DNA of 64,000 nt from a virus. The number at the start of each line of letters is the position of its first letter. The first letter of the stretch is position 1. Made by a program: the position numbers and the translations under genes. Below, in pieces: positions 39,866-49,483 of the stretch. Location: IMG/VR virus record IMGVR_UViG_3300024258_000005; one strand, written 5' to 3'. A model generated the notes under the pieces. That model saw only the letters and a program-made list of their open reading frames with translations. It was not told the origin of the DNA and did no database searches.

Positions 39866-40129
39866 TTATTTGGGTATAGTACTAAGTAATCGTCTAGCGG
39901 CAAATGCTTCTTCTGCATCAGATATATCACCACCAGATGCGTCTTGCATGCTTTTGATTCTTGCACTATTCAAAGCAGCTGTACCTTTAGCTTCAATATT
40001 GCCATTTGCTATTCTATTCCAGTCAGCATCAGATAATGTACCACCTGAGTGAAATGCAGCCATCCTTGCTTTATTGGCGGCCATAATATTACTTTCTAAT
40101 ATTAATCCTTTATTGATTTTATAAATCAT
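39866..40129 (-). CDS. ILE-leader family protein
   Basis: MIYKINKGLILES. Confidence 0.75.
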   Translation of the reverse strand: MIYKINKGLILESNIMAANKARMAAFHSGGTLSDADWNRIANGNIEAKGTAALNSARIKSMQDASGGDISDAEEAFAARRLLSTIPK

Positions 40130-40130
40130 T

Positions 40131-41138
40131 TTATTTTCCGCTTATGATCATATCTTTTTTGAAGTTCAGAATTAACTGTTCTAAACGTTCTTGTTCATCA
40201 GGGGCAACTTTTTGAGCATCAAATAAACTAGATTTATAATTAGTACTAATTACATATGCAACTAATTCATCAAATTCACCATCCATTGATTTCTTACTTC
40301 CTTCACCAACAACAGCAGCAAATGAACTCATCAATGCAGTTTCTGTAATATTAGCAATACCAGCTTTAGTTAAAACAGTAGCAATATTTTTAAATTCCGT
40401 TAAATCATTTAGCTTCATTTCTTTAAGAAATGCTACATCTTCTTCTGAATAAAGTTTAGTTAATTTACCTAGTATAGTCTGCGCAGATTGCTCAGTAAAT
40501 ACGCGCGCAAACATAAAGTCAATGACTACATCGAACTTAGTACGATCTTCGTTTTTAATCTCGTTATGAGCTTTGGATAAGATCTTAGTAATAACTTTTT
40601 TAAATACTTCATAACTAGTTTCAAATATTTTATTTTTACCATTACCTTTTAAACCGATAATAGTTAAAGTATTAATATATAAATAATAATATACATCAAC
40701 AAGAGTAAAATAATCAATTGAATCTAATAAATCATTAAATAATTTTTCTATTTGAGTATCAAGATTTTTCATTTGTAAAGCACTAGTATCAGTGATAGTA
40801 GTTTTTATACGTGAAAGTTCTTTATTTGCTTTTTCAATATCTTTAACTTTTCTAGCAACTTCTTGTAAATCACTTGCATCAACAATGGCACTAATATCAG
40901 CAGCAAGGCCACTAAGTTTGTTACCATTTAGATATTGAATACCAAATTCGGCATTTCTTTTACGAGATATATCAGTAATACCATAACCGATATAAAGAGA
41001 CTCACTTCTAACTAAACTACTAATAGCTTTAGTTTTATGACTAGTACCTATCTTTGATAGTACTGTACTAATATTCTTTAAGAACTTTTTTTGAACAGCA
41101 TCTTGCTGCTTTAAGTTTATCTTTTTAATTGTTACCAC
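40131..41138 (-). CDS. Hypothetical protein (335 aa, helical)
   Basis: Long ORF with RBS. Confidence 0.8.
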   Translation of the reverse strand: MVTIKKINLKQQDAVQKKFLKNISTVLSKIGTSHKTKAISSLVRSESLYIGYGITDISRKRNAEFGIQYLNGNKLSGLAADISAIVDASDLQEVARKVKDIEKANKELSRIKTTITDTSALQMKNLDTQIEKLFNDLLDSIDYFTLVDVYYYLYINTLTIIGLKGNGKNKIFETSYEVFKKVITKILSKAHNEIKNEDRTKFDVVIDFMFARVFTEQSAQTILGKLTKLYSEEDVAFLKEMKLNDLTEFKNIATVLTKAGIANITETALMSSFAAVVGEGSKKSMDGEFDELVAYVISTNYKSSLFDAQKVAPDEQERLEQLILNFKKDMIISGK

Positions 41139-41197
41139 AATTAATCCTTTTTTAATTTTATAAAATTTACTCCGAAAGTAAAAGTAAATAGTCGGTC

Positions 41198-41512
41198 TTA
41201 AAGACCTAACAACTGTTGAACAACTTCTGACTTAAGCATTTTAATCTTATTATTAAAATGACTAGGGACGAATTGAAATAATGTGCCTATATTGTTTGCG
41301 GCTAAAATAAGTGGATAGTATTGTTCTGAACCATAATATCTTAATGCAACTCTTTCTGGACGGTATTTGTATATATCAGGGACATCAATCTCTACTAAGT
41401 TTTCAGCTTTCTGAATATAATGGATACGATCATTTATTATATTTCCTAGAATTGTTGGTTCCAAATATTGATCATATACTTCACTATTAAGACTGGTATA
41501 TAATAAATTCAT
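41198..41512 (-). CDS. Baseplate wedge protein, T4 gp53-like (LysM-like)
   Basis: YRPERVALRYYGSEQYYPLILAANNI. Confidence 0.7.
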   Translation of the reverse strand: MNLLYTSLNSEVYDQYLEPTILGNIINDRIHYIQKAENLVEIDVPDIYKYRPERVALRYYGSEQYYPLILAANNIGTLFQFVPSHFNNKIKMLKSEVVQQLLGL

Positions 41513-41514
41513 TC

Positions 41515-42198
41515 TTATCCTTTTGTTATATTATAGTTTGGTCCATAACTTCTAGGACCATTACTATTACTTAAGTGCATACCTAATTTATTAATAGTTG
41601 AAGATCTTAAATCTTTTGACCCTTGACCTAATACAGGTCTTGTACCATCTTCACGTTTTACTTTTGTTTCATAATGAGAAGATAATTCTACAGGATCTTT
41701 TGTTATAGCATTACCTTTTCTGTAGTTCTCACGATGATGAGATATTTCAGAAATTTCAGAAATTTCAGAAATTTCAGAAATTTCATTAATTCTTTCAATT
41801 TTTGCTCTATCTCCTGGTTGTCTTCCTGCTGCATGACTTGAACCAGATTGTGTAACATCATTTAAATCTTGTACACCTTTTGATTTAGAAACATCAGTTG
41901 GTAGAATTTTACCAGCATTAAGATTTTTCTTAGCGGCTTGTATACCTGTAGGATGAGAAGACATTATAAGTGCACCTTCTGTTAAAGCATCTTTATCAAT
42001 TTCTTCTTTTTTTACCGGAGCACTTACCCCTGGCATATTACTAGGATCTTTTAATTTCATAGAGGTAATATCTTTATCATGTTCTACTCTGAACTGTTTT
42101 GTTGCCCGTAATTGTCGCTCTAAATTAATTTTTAAATCATTTTTTATAAGGTTAATTAATTCAGATTCTAAAATATACTTACGAATTTGAATTTTCAT
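41515..42198 (-). CDS. ILE-leader family protein
   Basis: MKIQIRKYILES; internal LTE and (ISE)n. Confidence 0.75.
   Translation of the reverse strand: MKIQIRKYILESELINLIKNDLKINLERQLRATKQFRVEHDKDITSMKLKDPSNMPGVSAPVKKEEIDKDALTEGALIMSSHPTGIQAAKKNLNAGKILPTDVSKSKGVQDLNDVTQSGSSHAAGRQPGDRAKIERINEISEISEISEISEISHHRENYRKGNAITKDPVELSSHYETKVKREDGTRPVLGQGSKDLRSSTINKLGMHLSNSNGPRSYGPNYNITKG
41744..41785. repeat. 9-bp coding tandem repeat, 4.7 copies (EIS)
   Basis: ATTTCAGAA four times plus ATTTCA. Confidence 0.95.
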
Positions 42199-42201
42199 AA
42201 A

Positions 42202-42414
42202 TTATCCTATATTTTGAGGAGGAAACGCAAAAGCTTTTCTACCAAATTTCTTTTTATATTGTCTTTTAATTTCTTGACTAGTTTCTTCATTTGAACTAAT
42301 TACTCTATTACGTGAAAAACCAAATACTTTTACTTTCTCAGGAATGACTTCACCATAATTATCTTCTACGTATCCTTCATCTACATAATCATATGCCACA
42401 TATAATTCTGACAT
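42202..42414 (-). CDS. Hypothetical protein (70 aa)
   Basis: YVxxDYVxEGYV pattern; has an RBS. Confidence 0.65.
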   Translation of the reverse strand: MSELYVAYDYVDEGYVEDNYGEVIPEKVKVFGFSRNRVISSNEETSQEIKRQYKKKFGRKAFAFPPQNIG

Positions 42415-42416
42415 TT

Positions 42417-42749
42417 CTAATCCTTCTTTGTTTTAAGAGTTTTTATTATCTTATAATTTGTTTGTGCCCAAGATTTATAACGTTCATAATTTAACTTTAA
42501 AATCTCACCATCTTCTAAAGTTAATTGATAATAAGTTACATCATTGTACTTAATATATTCAACTTTATATTTTAGAGCTATTGGTGGTTCTTGTATCTCA
42601 GGAATTGGTTTATCTAAATAAATTAATTTATCTTGGATTTGGATTTCTGGTATACATGGTTTGGGCTCTTCCCAAACAATATGACAACCAGTAAGAGAAA
42701 GACTAAAAACCAATACTAGACATATCTTTAATATTTGTGTCATTAACAT
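42417..42749 (-). CDS. o-spanin-like outer-membrane lipoprotein
   Basis: Signal peptide with lipobox LTGC, Pro-rich mature part, overlaps the 3' end of the i-spanin-like gene. Confidence 0.7.
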   Translation of the reverse strand: MLMTQILKICLVLVFSLSLTGCHIVWEEPKPCIPEIQIQDKLIYLDKPIPEIQEPPIALKYKVEYIKYNDVTYYQLTLEDGEILKLNYERYKSWAQTNYKIIKTLKTKKD

Positions 42750-43179
42750 CTTTAGCTCCTTTCTTTACTTTCCAAATCTTACAATCTTTTATTGTAATAA
42801 AATCTTTTGTTTCTAGTTTTGGTAATTTTCTAAGTTTATCAATTGTTATAATTAATCTTTGTATCTGAATATCTTTATCTTTTAATAATAAACTTGTTGC
42901 TACCTTAGAAGCATTAACATCATTTTTATAATCTTGACAAATTTCAGTATTTGAATTATTTAACTTGACCGCTGAGCTTAAATTGATTTGAGATGTAATA
43001 TATTTACCATCTAATTCAACATAAGCTTCTTTTTCCGTTACTAGTGTTTCTTTTAATTTAAGAATTGAACTTCTATATGAAGCATTTCCTATCTCATAAT
43101 AAACAACTAATCCTACTAGAATAAGTCCCATTATAACGAACTTATTAGTAAGTAATTTCATTGCATATGTTACCCACAT
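42703..43179 (-). CDS. i-spanin-like inner-membrane protein
   Basis: Likely start at 43179 (AAGGA RBS); one N-terminal TM helix, then coiled coil and Cys residues. Confidence 0.65.
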   Translation of the reverse strand: MWVTYAMKLLTNKFVIMGLILVGLVVYYEIGNASYRSSILKLKETLVTEKEAYVELDGKYITSQINLSSAVKLNNSNTEICQDYKNDVNASKVATSLLLKDKDIQIQRLIITIDKLRKLPKLETKDFITIKDCKIWKVKKGAKDVNDTNIKDMSSIGF

Positions 43180-43253
43180 ATTATTTCCTTTTAAATTATA
43201 CAACTAACTCTAAGAGCTGATGTGTAATATTGTCTTAATACCATATTCTATCC

Positions 43254-44495
43254 TTAAAATAATTCTATTGATTTTTTAGCCTTTATGATCTCACTCTCTT
43301 TACGGATAATAATATTTGAACTATATATAATCTCACCATGTTCATTAATGAAGAAACTAGTACCACCTGGTCTTGAATAACTAAAACCAAGCATCTTACT
43401 ATATTCATCATAAATCTTTAGAGAGTTCATAACTATTAAACCTGTTAAGTGTATTGATTGGTGGAAGTGCCCAATAATAAGAGTGTCAAATGCTTTACCA
43501 ACTGCAACCGCTGCTGTAAGTTTCTTTGCTCTAGCTCTTAAAATAGGAACAGCTACACCACCAATTCCATTACCACCTTTAATTGTATCACCATGTTGTA
43601 AATTAAATCTATGTCCATTTACTGAGAAAAGAATCTCATCAGACTTATCTGTAACAATAACAACATCTTCGTTATCTCTAAAGTGTTGTTGTACAAAATA
43701 ATATACCATACTACCTAAACTGTTTTCGGTTCTTTGTTTAGTACGTGTATATCTACTACCATCAAGTCTATCATGGTTACCAGTTACAGCAGGAACAAAC
43801 ACTTTACCAAATTCTTTATGTAATGTGTTTATACTTCTTATAATAAGATTGACACCTTCAACAACTTGTTCAGTCGCTGTTCGATCATTAGTCTCATCCA
43901 TATTGTGCATATTATTACCAGCAATTATATCACCACCTAATATTAGTACAACACCTTCATAATCATAATTCATATTATGTTTACAAATACCTACAAAATC
44001 ATTAATTACTTTATCAGCATAAGAATGCGCTAATTCAGTGTTAAAGGAGTCTCCGAACCCTACATCGCCTTCTTCAACGACTTCGCCTATATGAATGTCT
44101 GAGAGGCATATAACAGGTACTATACTTTTCTCTGTTGTATTTACCCACTCAGGAATTTCATCTTCAAAACCTATTTCTCGAACACCAGCAATAAGTTCTT
44201 TTACATCTGTACTGCTTATAATATCATGCTTAGCTTCATCAACTGCTCTTTTGAGCAATTTGTTTTCTTTTTCAAGTTTAGAAATTTTTAGTTTGTCGCT
44301 ATTAATTATTTGTTTAGAAGCAGCTTTTGGTTTTAGATTTCGTTCTGTCATAATCTTTCGTTTCCACTCTTGGATGGATCGAATACTCACACCGTACTTT
44401 TCAGCTAGATCAGCGTTCATTCCTTTAACTCCAGCAGCAGCGACTATGTCATCTTTTTCAATAATAGTTAATGTAGGATATTTATATAATTTCAT
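43254..44495 (-). CDS. HTH-containing calcineurin-like metallophosphoesterase
   Basis: LAEKYGVSIRSIQEWKR HTH; SDIH, GGD, GNHD, QHGD, GHFH. Confidence 0.85.
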   Translation of the reverse strand: MKLYKYPTLTIIEKDDIVAAAGVKGMNADLAEKYGVSIRSIQEWKRKIMTERNLKPKAASKQIINSDKLKISKLEKENKLLKRAVDEAKHDIISSTDVKELIAGVREIGFEDEIPEWVNTTEKSIVPVICLSDIHIGEVVEEGDVGFGDSFNTELAHSYADKVINDFVGICKHNMNYDYEGVVLILGGDIIAGNNMHNMDETNDRTATEQVVEGVNLIIRSINTLHKEFGKVFVPAVTGNHDRLDGSRYTRTKQRTENSLGSMVYYFVQQHFRDNEDVVIVTDKSDEILFSVNGHRFNLQHGDTIKGGNGIGGVAVPILRARAKKLTAAVAVGKAFDTLIIGHFHQSIHLTGLIVMNSLKIYDEYSKMLGFSYSRPGGTSFFINEHGEIIYSSNIIIRKESEIIKAKKSIELF

Positions 44496-44496
44496 A

Positions 44497-44682
44497 TTAA
44501 TCCTCGTACTTAACAGAACTATCGTCGTCTTTAGGATATTTATCTTTTAACTGATCTTTGCCTATTCCACCATAAGTTGCAATAGGAGTAGCTGATCCAG
44601 ACATAGCACCTGCGGATGAAACACCACCAACCATACCATCCATTTCCTGGATAATCTTTTTCTTTTCAATCGTTATTTTCAT
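44497..44682 (-). CDS. ILE-leader-like small protein
   Basis: MKITIEKKKIIQE, Gly-rich segment. Confidence 0.65.
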   Translation of the reverse strand: MKITIEKKKIIQEMDGMVGGVSSAGAMSGSATPIATYGGIGKDQLKDKYPKDDDSSVKYED

Positions 44683-44705
44683 TATTATTCCTTAATCTAT
44701 ATGAA

Positions 44706-44714
44706 TATTTGTTA
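44706..44714 (-). promoter_or_regulatory. TAACAAATA motif (candidate late promoter)
   Basis: Exact, 24 nt upstream of ATG 44682. Confidence 0.55.
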
Positions 44715-44743
44715 ACGAAGTTGAATATTCATGGAAATCAAGG

Positions 44744-44773
44744 ACAAGAATATATCAGGAATTAACCTGATAT
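44744..44773 (-). terminator. Hairpin terminator with TCTTGT tail
   Basis: Stem ATATCAGG/CCTGATAT, then atTCTTGT. Confidence 0.55.
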
Positions 44774-44848
44774 GTGTATTAAATTTTACCATAAAGTAAA
44801 ACCTCTTGTATTGGGTTAAAATAATCATTTGATAAATTATCTTATGTA

Positions 44849-45379
44849 TCAATATACAGCACCTGATTGATAATCAGCAAACGTTGTGTTACCTGATAGA
44901 GTATCAATAATTTCATAAGTCATAAATAATTTAGTATATTGATCATTCTGATCTCTCATAAATAATTTAGTTTCTGCACCTTGAATTTGGAAACAAAATT
45001 CCATATTTCCAAATCCACCAGCAGGTACAATATCACCACCCTGTCCTCTACCATTAGTAGTTTCTTCACCAGTAGGAGAAGAGTATGTATCAAATGTTCC
45101 TGTAAATGTATTAGCAGGTATTACAAGCTGTCCATTAAATGTCCATTTATCTCCAATTGCATCATAACAATTTAAATCGTATACTATTGTTTTTTCAACT
45201 GCCTCATCTGCTTGAAATGTGAACATTTCAAATTCATCAAAATAAAAATTTACATTTGAGGTTCTCACTGTTGCCACTGCTGATTGCCTTCCTCCTACAG
45301 GTTTATTATTTAATTCTGTAAAATTTGTATCTAATTCTGCATGAGTTAATGGTGCGCCTTTATCACTTCTTAATACCAT
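44849..45379 (-). CDS. Probable virion fibre/decoration protein
   Basis: N-terminal LRSDKGAPLTHAELDTNF motif typical of phage fibre N-termini. Confidence 0.6.
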   Translation of the reverse strand: MVLRSDKGAPLTHAELDTNFTELNNKPVGGRQSAVATVRTSNVNFYFDEFEMFTFQADEAVEKTIVYDLNCYDAIGDKWTFNGQLVIPANTFTGTFDTYSSPTGEETTNGRGQGGDIVPAGGFGNMEFCFQIQGAETKLFMRDQNDQYTKLFMTYEIIDTLSGNTTFADYQSGAVY

Positions 45380-45389
45380 TTTTTATCCT

Positions 45390-45800
45390 TTATTTACCCT
45401 GTGTTTTAACACGAAACTCGTTTCGTCTTTCTGGTTTATATCTACCATTTTTTAGATCATTTTTCATAGCCATAGATTTAGAAGTATCTTTAATCGCTTT
45501 ATCTTCTGATGAGCTAATACCTAACGGAGTGGGACTTTTCTCAATCTTATCTAATTTATTAAGCATGTCACGATTCGGCATTCTTATCTCTTCAAGTAAA
45601 GATGCTTCAAAAAGTTCACGCATTTGAATTTGAATACTTTCCATAAGTCCATCATCAACAAGCATCTTACGAATTTGCATTGTTGATTCATTAATCATAA
45701 TTTTACCAAGAAGAGTTTCCTCTTCTGTTAATGAACTTTCCTCTAGAATCTCTAGAGAGTACTTCATACGAATGTTTTCTAATATTAAATCTAATTTCAT
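45390..45800 (-). CDS. ILE-leader family protein, extended-propeptide subgroup
   Basis: MKLDLILEN...LEE...GKIMINES...IRKMLV shared with 48709 and 51964. Confidence 0.8.
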   Translation of the reverse strand: MKLDLILENIRMKYSLEILEESSLTEEETLLGKIMINESTMQIRKMLVDDGLMESIQIQMRELFEASLLEEIRMPNRDMLNKLDKIEKSPTPLGISSSEDKAIKDTSKSMAMKNDLKNGRYKPERRNEFRVKTQGK

Positions 45801-45802
45801 TT

Positions 45803-46144
45803 CTAACCCTTTGTTCCAGCAATTGATTCATACATTGAATCAGTATCATAATTATGTCTCTGTATAATAGCCACACCTTTATCAAGTACTTTATTACCAG
45901 TATATGCTAATCCAGCAGCCCCCGCCGCAGCCATACCAGGAATCAAAACTCCCTCTTCTAAAGGCTTATCAGCACTCTTCTGAGCATTCTTTTCCATTCC
46001 AGCTAAATTCTTTAAAGTTGTTGGATGATTTGGACCAAGTCTATCATTTTGTTTAATAGTTGCTTCTGTTACTTTTTCATTCATTAACATAGTGCTGCTA
46101 GCACTAGCTTCTAAAATTAATCTTTTATCTAATTTATATATCAT
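45803..46144 (-). CDS. ILE-leader family protein
   Basis: MIYKLDKRLILEA; LEE followed by a Gly/Ala hydrophobic segment. Confidence 0.75.
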   Translation of the reverse strand: MIYKLDKRLILEASASSTMLMNEKVTEATIKQNDRLGPNHPTTLKNLAGMEKNAQKSADKPLEEGVLIPGMAAAGAAGLAYTGNKVLDKGVAIIQRHNYDTDSMYESIAGTKG

Positions 46145-46154
46145 TTATTTTCCT

Positions 46155-46346
46155 TTATGTTAAAGTATAAGCAGTTGCTACTAAAGCTCCTATACCAGCA
46201 GCTGCTGGTATAATACTGCCATCTTTTTTTTCTAGTATATCGTTTTCTTTTTTCAATAATCGATGATCAACATTTATTGTCATTCCTGGATGATTCTTAC
46301 GCGTAGCATCCATATATTCTAATATTAATTTTTTATTTAGTTTCAT
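46155..46346 (-). CDS. ILE-leader family protein (63 aa)
   Basis: Start moved to ATG 46346 (AAGGA RBS): MKLNKKLILEY; hydrophobic C-terminus. Confidence 0.7.
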   Translation of the reverse strand: MKLNKKLILEYMDATRKNHPGMTINVDHRLLKKENDILEKKDGSIIPAAAGIGALVATAYTLT

Positions 46347-47349
46347 AAATATCCTTAATAAACACTTCAGTGTTTCCACCTGAATTTAATACTTTAATAT
46401 TCTCTTCTATTAAATATTGAGAATTATCTTTAATGATTTTTTGTTCTTCAATATATGCGTCCCGACCTGTTTCGAATTGAGTTTCTTTTAAAATTTTGAT
46501 TTTTTTATAATCTGTTTTAGAATATCGTTCCTTAACTGATCTAGATGTAATTCCAATTTTATAATATTTTTTATTATCAAAAGTTATTTCTAAATAATAT
46601 AAGATTGTCGGAGCATTATAAACTGCTCCGTTGATATTATTAATATGATTAATATCTAAATCTTTAAATTTTCTAAGACTAGCATTACTAGACACATTAA
46701 AGAATCTACAAAAATCATTTTTTAAAATCATTCTATGTTCATTTAAGAAATTATTCTCAATAAAATCTTTATCATAATATTTATCATAATTGGTTATATC
46801 TCTCTCGTGTGCAAATCTTACACCATATTTTTTAAGGGAAGTATCCATTCTTTTTTGATACATAATATATTTATTCAATTTTAAAACATCTCGAGAATTT
46901 TGTTTCGATGTTTCTGTACAAGCACTTAATGCTCCATACTTCAACATCATTGTGTTATCTCTAGTCTCTTTTTGTTTAATTAAATCTATTTCACCATCTT
47001 TATATTTACGACTAACTTCATTATATGCATCTTTGTCTGTGTTCCGACACTCGTGTGAACAATAGTTTCCAAAAACCATATTATTCATTTTATAAACTTT
47101 ATGATTAGAACAGTCTTTATGTTTGCATTTTAAATCAGATTCTTCGTAACCATCATTAATAATTTTAAATCTAATTTTTAAATCATCTTTTAAATCGTAT
47201 TTGTCTTGTGATGTATACCATTTAGTTTCATCATAAAGTATTTTTAAACTATCTTTTACTTCTGATAACTTATTGGTAAGTAGACTATGTTTAAGTTTAC
47301 CTACTTTATTTTTTAGTATGTTTAGATACTCTGTATCGTATTGTTTCAT
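46333..47349 (-). CDS. Free-standing homing endonuclease with GIY-YIG/T5orf172-like C-terminal domain
   Basis: LYYLEI...YYKIGITSRSVKERY...EQKII...SGGNTEVF; Zn-ribbon N-terminus shared with 28332 and 59064. Confidence 0.75.
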   Translation of the reverse strand: MKQYDTEYLNILKNKVGKLKHSLLTNKLSEVKDSLKILYDETKWYTSQDKYDLKDDLKIRFKIINDGYEESDLKCKHKDCSNHKVYKMNNMVFGNYCSHECRNTDKDAYNEVSRKYKDGEIDLIKQKETRDNTMMLKYGALSACTETSKQNSRDVLKLNKYIMYQKRMDTSLKKYGVRFAHERDITNYDKYYDKDFIENNFLNEHRMILKNDFCRFFNVSSNASLRKFKDLDINHINNINGAVYNAPTILYYLEITFDNKKYYKIGITSRSVKERYSKTDYKKIKILKETQFETGRDAYIEEQKIIKDNSQYLIEENIKVLNSGGNTEVFIKDIYETK

Positions 47350-47378
47350 AACATTTTCCTTAATAATTATATATTAAG

Positions 47379-47387
47379 TATTTGTTA
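47379..47387 (-). promoter_or_regulatory. TAACAAATA motif (candidate late promoter)
   Basis: Exact, 30 nt upstream of ATG 47349. Confidence 0.55.
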
Positions 47388-47410
47388 ACTGACATAACCT
47401 TAAACTTTTC

Positions 47411-48127
47411 TTAAAGCAGCCAAATGTAAGAATCTGGAGGCGTGCGTTTTAATTCGGTAATAGTTTCTCTACGAAGCTCTTTAGCATCGTTTATAAGTTC
47501 TTCTGCATTTAATTGAATTGATCCAAATGGTGTATTGAAGTTATTAAACTTCTTACGTATTTTACCAATAGCATTCATTATATAACTTGTACTAAGATCT
47601 CTAAATGAATCGTACAGTGCTGGACTAATACTAGTTGGATCAGCATGCGCAACATTTAACACAACTACAAATTCTCTTGATAAATAAGAATAACCTGCTC
47701 TTTGCATTTGTATCTTATCAGGTGGGAGGAATTTCCACGTATTATCAGCCTGAGTTATTGAAGCCATATCTAAATAATTCTGGCGGACTAAAAAGTCTGT
47801 AATATCTCCTGCAACTGATTGTGAAAACATTTGATTATAATCTACATAGTTTGCTTGTTCGATAATTGAACTAATACCAAGAATCTTATAATCAAAGTTT
47901 GTAAATTGGTAAGTAATAATAGGATCTTGGCTAATTATATTACCTTCAAACATTTTATAATATTTTACAAGAGGATCATAATTACTGAACTCAGGCATTA
48001 CGTGCATTTTTATTTTTTCCATAATTTGTTGATCTGTTAACTCTAGAGCCATTACATCAGCACCAAGTTCTGTTTTAATATAATCAATTATATTATCCCA
48101 TGATTGCCATGAAGTACATGTTGCCAT
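47411..48127 (-). CDS. Neck/head-completion protein, T4 gp13-like
   Basis: DYIKTELGADVMALELTDQQI...GKIRKKF...FGSIQLNAEELINDA. Confidence 0.75.
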   Translation of the reverse strand: MATCTSWQSWDNIIDYIKTELGADVMALELTDQQIMEKIKMHVMPEFSNYDPLVKYYKMFEGNIISQDPIITYQFTNFDYKILGISSIIEQANYVDYNQMFSQSVAGDITDFLVRQNYLDMASITQADNTWKFLPPDKIQMQRAGYSYLSREFVVVLNVAHADPTSISPALYDSFRDLSTSYIMNAIGKIRKKFNNFNTPFGSIQLNAEELINDAKELRRETITELKRTPPDSYIWLL

Positions 48128-48172
48128 ATTTAATTCCTTTTTATCTCTATCGATAAAGATAGTTTATATAGT

Positions 48173-48181
48173 TATTTGTTA
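48173..48181 (-). promoter_or_regulatory. TAACAAATA motif (candidate late promoter)
   Basis: Exact, 46 nt upstream of ATG 48127. Confidence 0.55.
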
Positions 48182-48198
48182 GCTTAGTGAATTTAAGC

Positions 48199-48227
48199 AC
48201 AAGAAAATATAAGCCGAAGCTTATATT
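48199..48227 (-). terminator. UUCG-loop hairpin terminator with TTTTCTTGT tail
   Basis: AATATAAGC-TTCG-GCTTATATT-TTCTTGT on the minus strand. Confidence 0.8.
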
Positions 48228-48699
48228 ATTTTCTAAATTGGTTTCGTCCACTAAATAGTTTACCTATACCATATTCGATACCAGGAGCAACTGCAGTATT
48301 TATAGCAGCACCTACTGGAGCACCAATAAGAGCACCTACTGGACCACCCGCCATGAATCCTGCTACTGTACCAACACTAGCACCATTAATACCTTTATTA
48401 ATCATATTACTAGGTGTATAAGCATCATCTACAGTTAACTTACTTTTTGGTTCTGCTGATGTTGCTCCAAGAGCTCCAGCACGTCCTAAAAGAGTTCCTG
48501 CAACAGGATGTCCAAGTTTATCACCTACTTCATAACCAGCAGTCGCTTGACCAATCTTACTTGCCAATGTACCAACAACTGGAATTCCAGCAGTTGCATT
48601 TAAAAGTCTTTCAGATGTTTTGTTTGTGTCATCAAATATTTGTCTTTGATTACCAACAAAACTTTCAAGTATAAGACTTTTAGACAATTCAATTTTCAT
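48226..48699 (-). CDS. ILE-leader family protein with glycine-zipper segments
   Basis: MKIELSKSLILES; GASVGTVAGFMAGGPVGALIGAPVG. Confidence 0.8.
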   Translation of the reverse strand: MKIELSKSLILESFVGNQRQIFDDTNKTSERLLNATAGIPVVGTLASKIGQATAGYEVGDKLGHPVAGTLLGRAGALGATSAEPKSKLTVDDAYTPSNMINKGINGASVGTVAGFMAGGPVGALIGAPVGAAINTAVAPGIEYGIGKLFSGRNQFRK

Positions 48700-48708
48700 T
48701 TTATATCC

Positions 48709-49089
48709 TTATTTTTCTCCGTCTTTACCAGCTTCAGAACTTGTGTTCCAACCAGCATCAACTTTTTCAAAGAATTTCTTCTTATCTTCATCAGGCATTG
48801 CCTCTACAGAATCGTATTTACACTTCGCAAGCTCAGCTTTAAAATATTTATCATACGCTGCACCTTTAGCAGATTCCTCTAATAAAGTATTTGTCCAAGC
48901 TTCTTCTAATACATTCTGAACGTTGGTAATAGTACCTTCTTCAACAAGTATCTTACGAATAGTTGATAATGATTCATTGATTAAAATTTTACCTTTAAGT
49001 AAATCAATTTCTGATACACTTTCACCTTCTTCTAGAAGTCCCAATGTGTATTTGTTTTTTACATTTTCTAATATTAAATCTAATTTCAT
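48709..49089 (-). CDS. ILE-leader family protein, extended-propeptide subgroup
   Basis: MKLDLILEN...LLEE...GKILINES...LEE...LLEES. Confidence 0.8.
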   Translation of the reverse strand: MKLDLILENVKNKYTLGLLEEGESVSEIDLLKGKILINESLSTIRKILVEEGTITNVQNVLEEAWTNTLLEESAKGAAYDKYFKAELAKCKYDSVEAMPDEDKKKFFEKVDAGWNTSSEAGKDGEK

Positions 49090-49103
49090 AAGATTTCCTT
49101 TAT

Positions 49104-49478
49104 TTAATTTAAAGCACCTGCTGCTAATACACCAGTACCTAATGCAGCAGCTCCGCCTAATATATCAGCAGATCTATTTTTATTGTTTAATAAATCAGTT
49201 GTAGCTCTATCAGCTACTTTATCAATTTGTGGTGAATATTTATTTGCTAAATATGCACCACCTATTGCACCTGCAACTGGTCCAGCAATTAACGCTGCAC
49301 TAGGAGCGGCAACACCTGCACCAACTAATCCAGCTACGCCACCTAATCCTAATTTAGTACCAGCAAGAGTACCAACCGTAGTATTAAATCCTTTATTAAA
49401 AGGAGTGTTCATTTCTTTTGGAGTAGCATATTGAAAATTTTCAAGTATAAGACGCTTATCTAATTGTACTTTCATCAT
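49104..49478 (-). CDS. ILE-leader family protein with glycine zipper
   Basis: MMKVQLDKRLILEN; GLGGVAGLVGAGVA...GAIGGAY. Confidence 0.8.
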   Translation of the reverse strand: MMKVQLDKRLILENFQYATPKEMNTPFNKGFNTTVGTLAGTKLGLGGVAGLVGAGVAAPSAALIAGPVAGAIGGAYLANKYSPQIDKVADRATTDLLNNKNRSADILGGAAALGTGVLAAGALN

Positions 49479-49483
49479 GTTTC

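Noticed and set aside
2702-45885. Nested alternative-frame minus-strand ORFs (2702-2896, 4505-4756, 9489-9758, 9996-10205, 31456-31647, 36133-36330, 45703-45885)
   Set aside because: They lie wholly or almost wholly inside longer motif-bearing genes and have Leu/Ile/Lys-rich off-frame composition.
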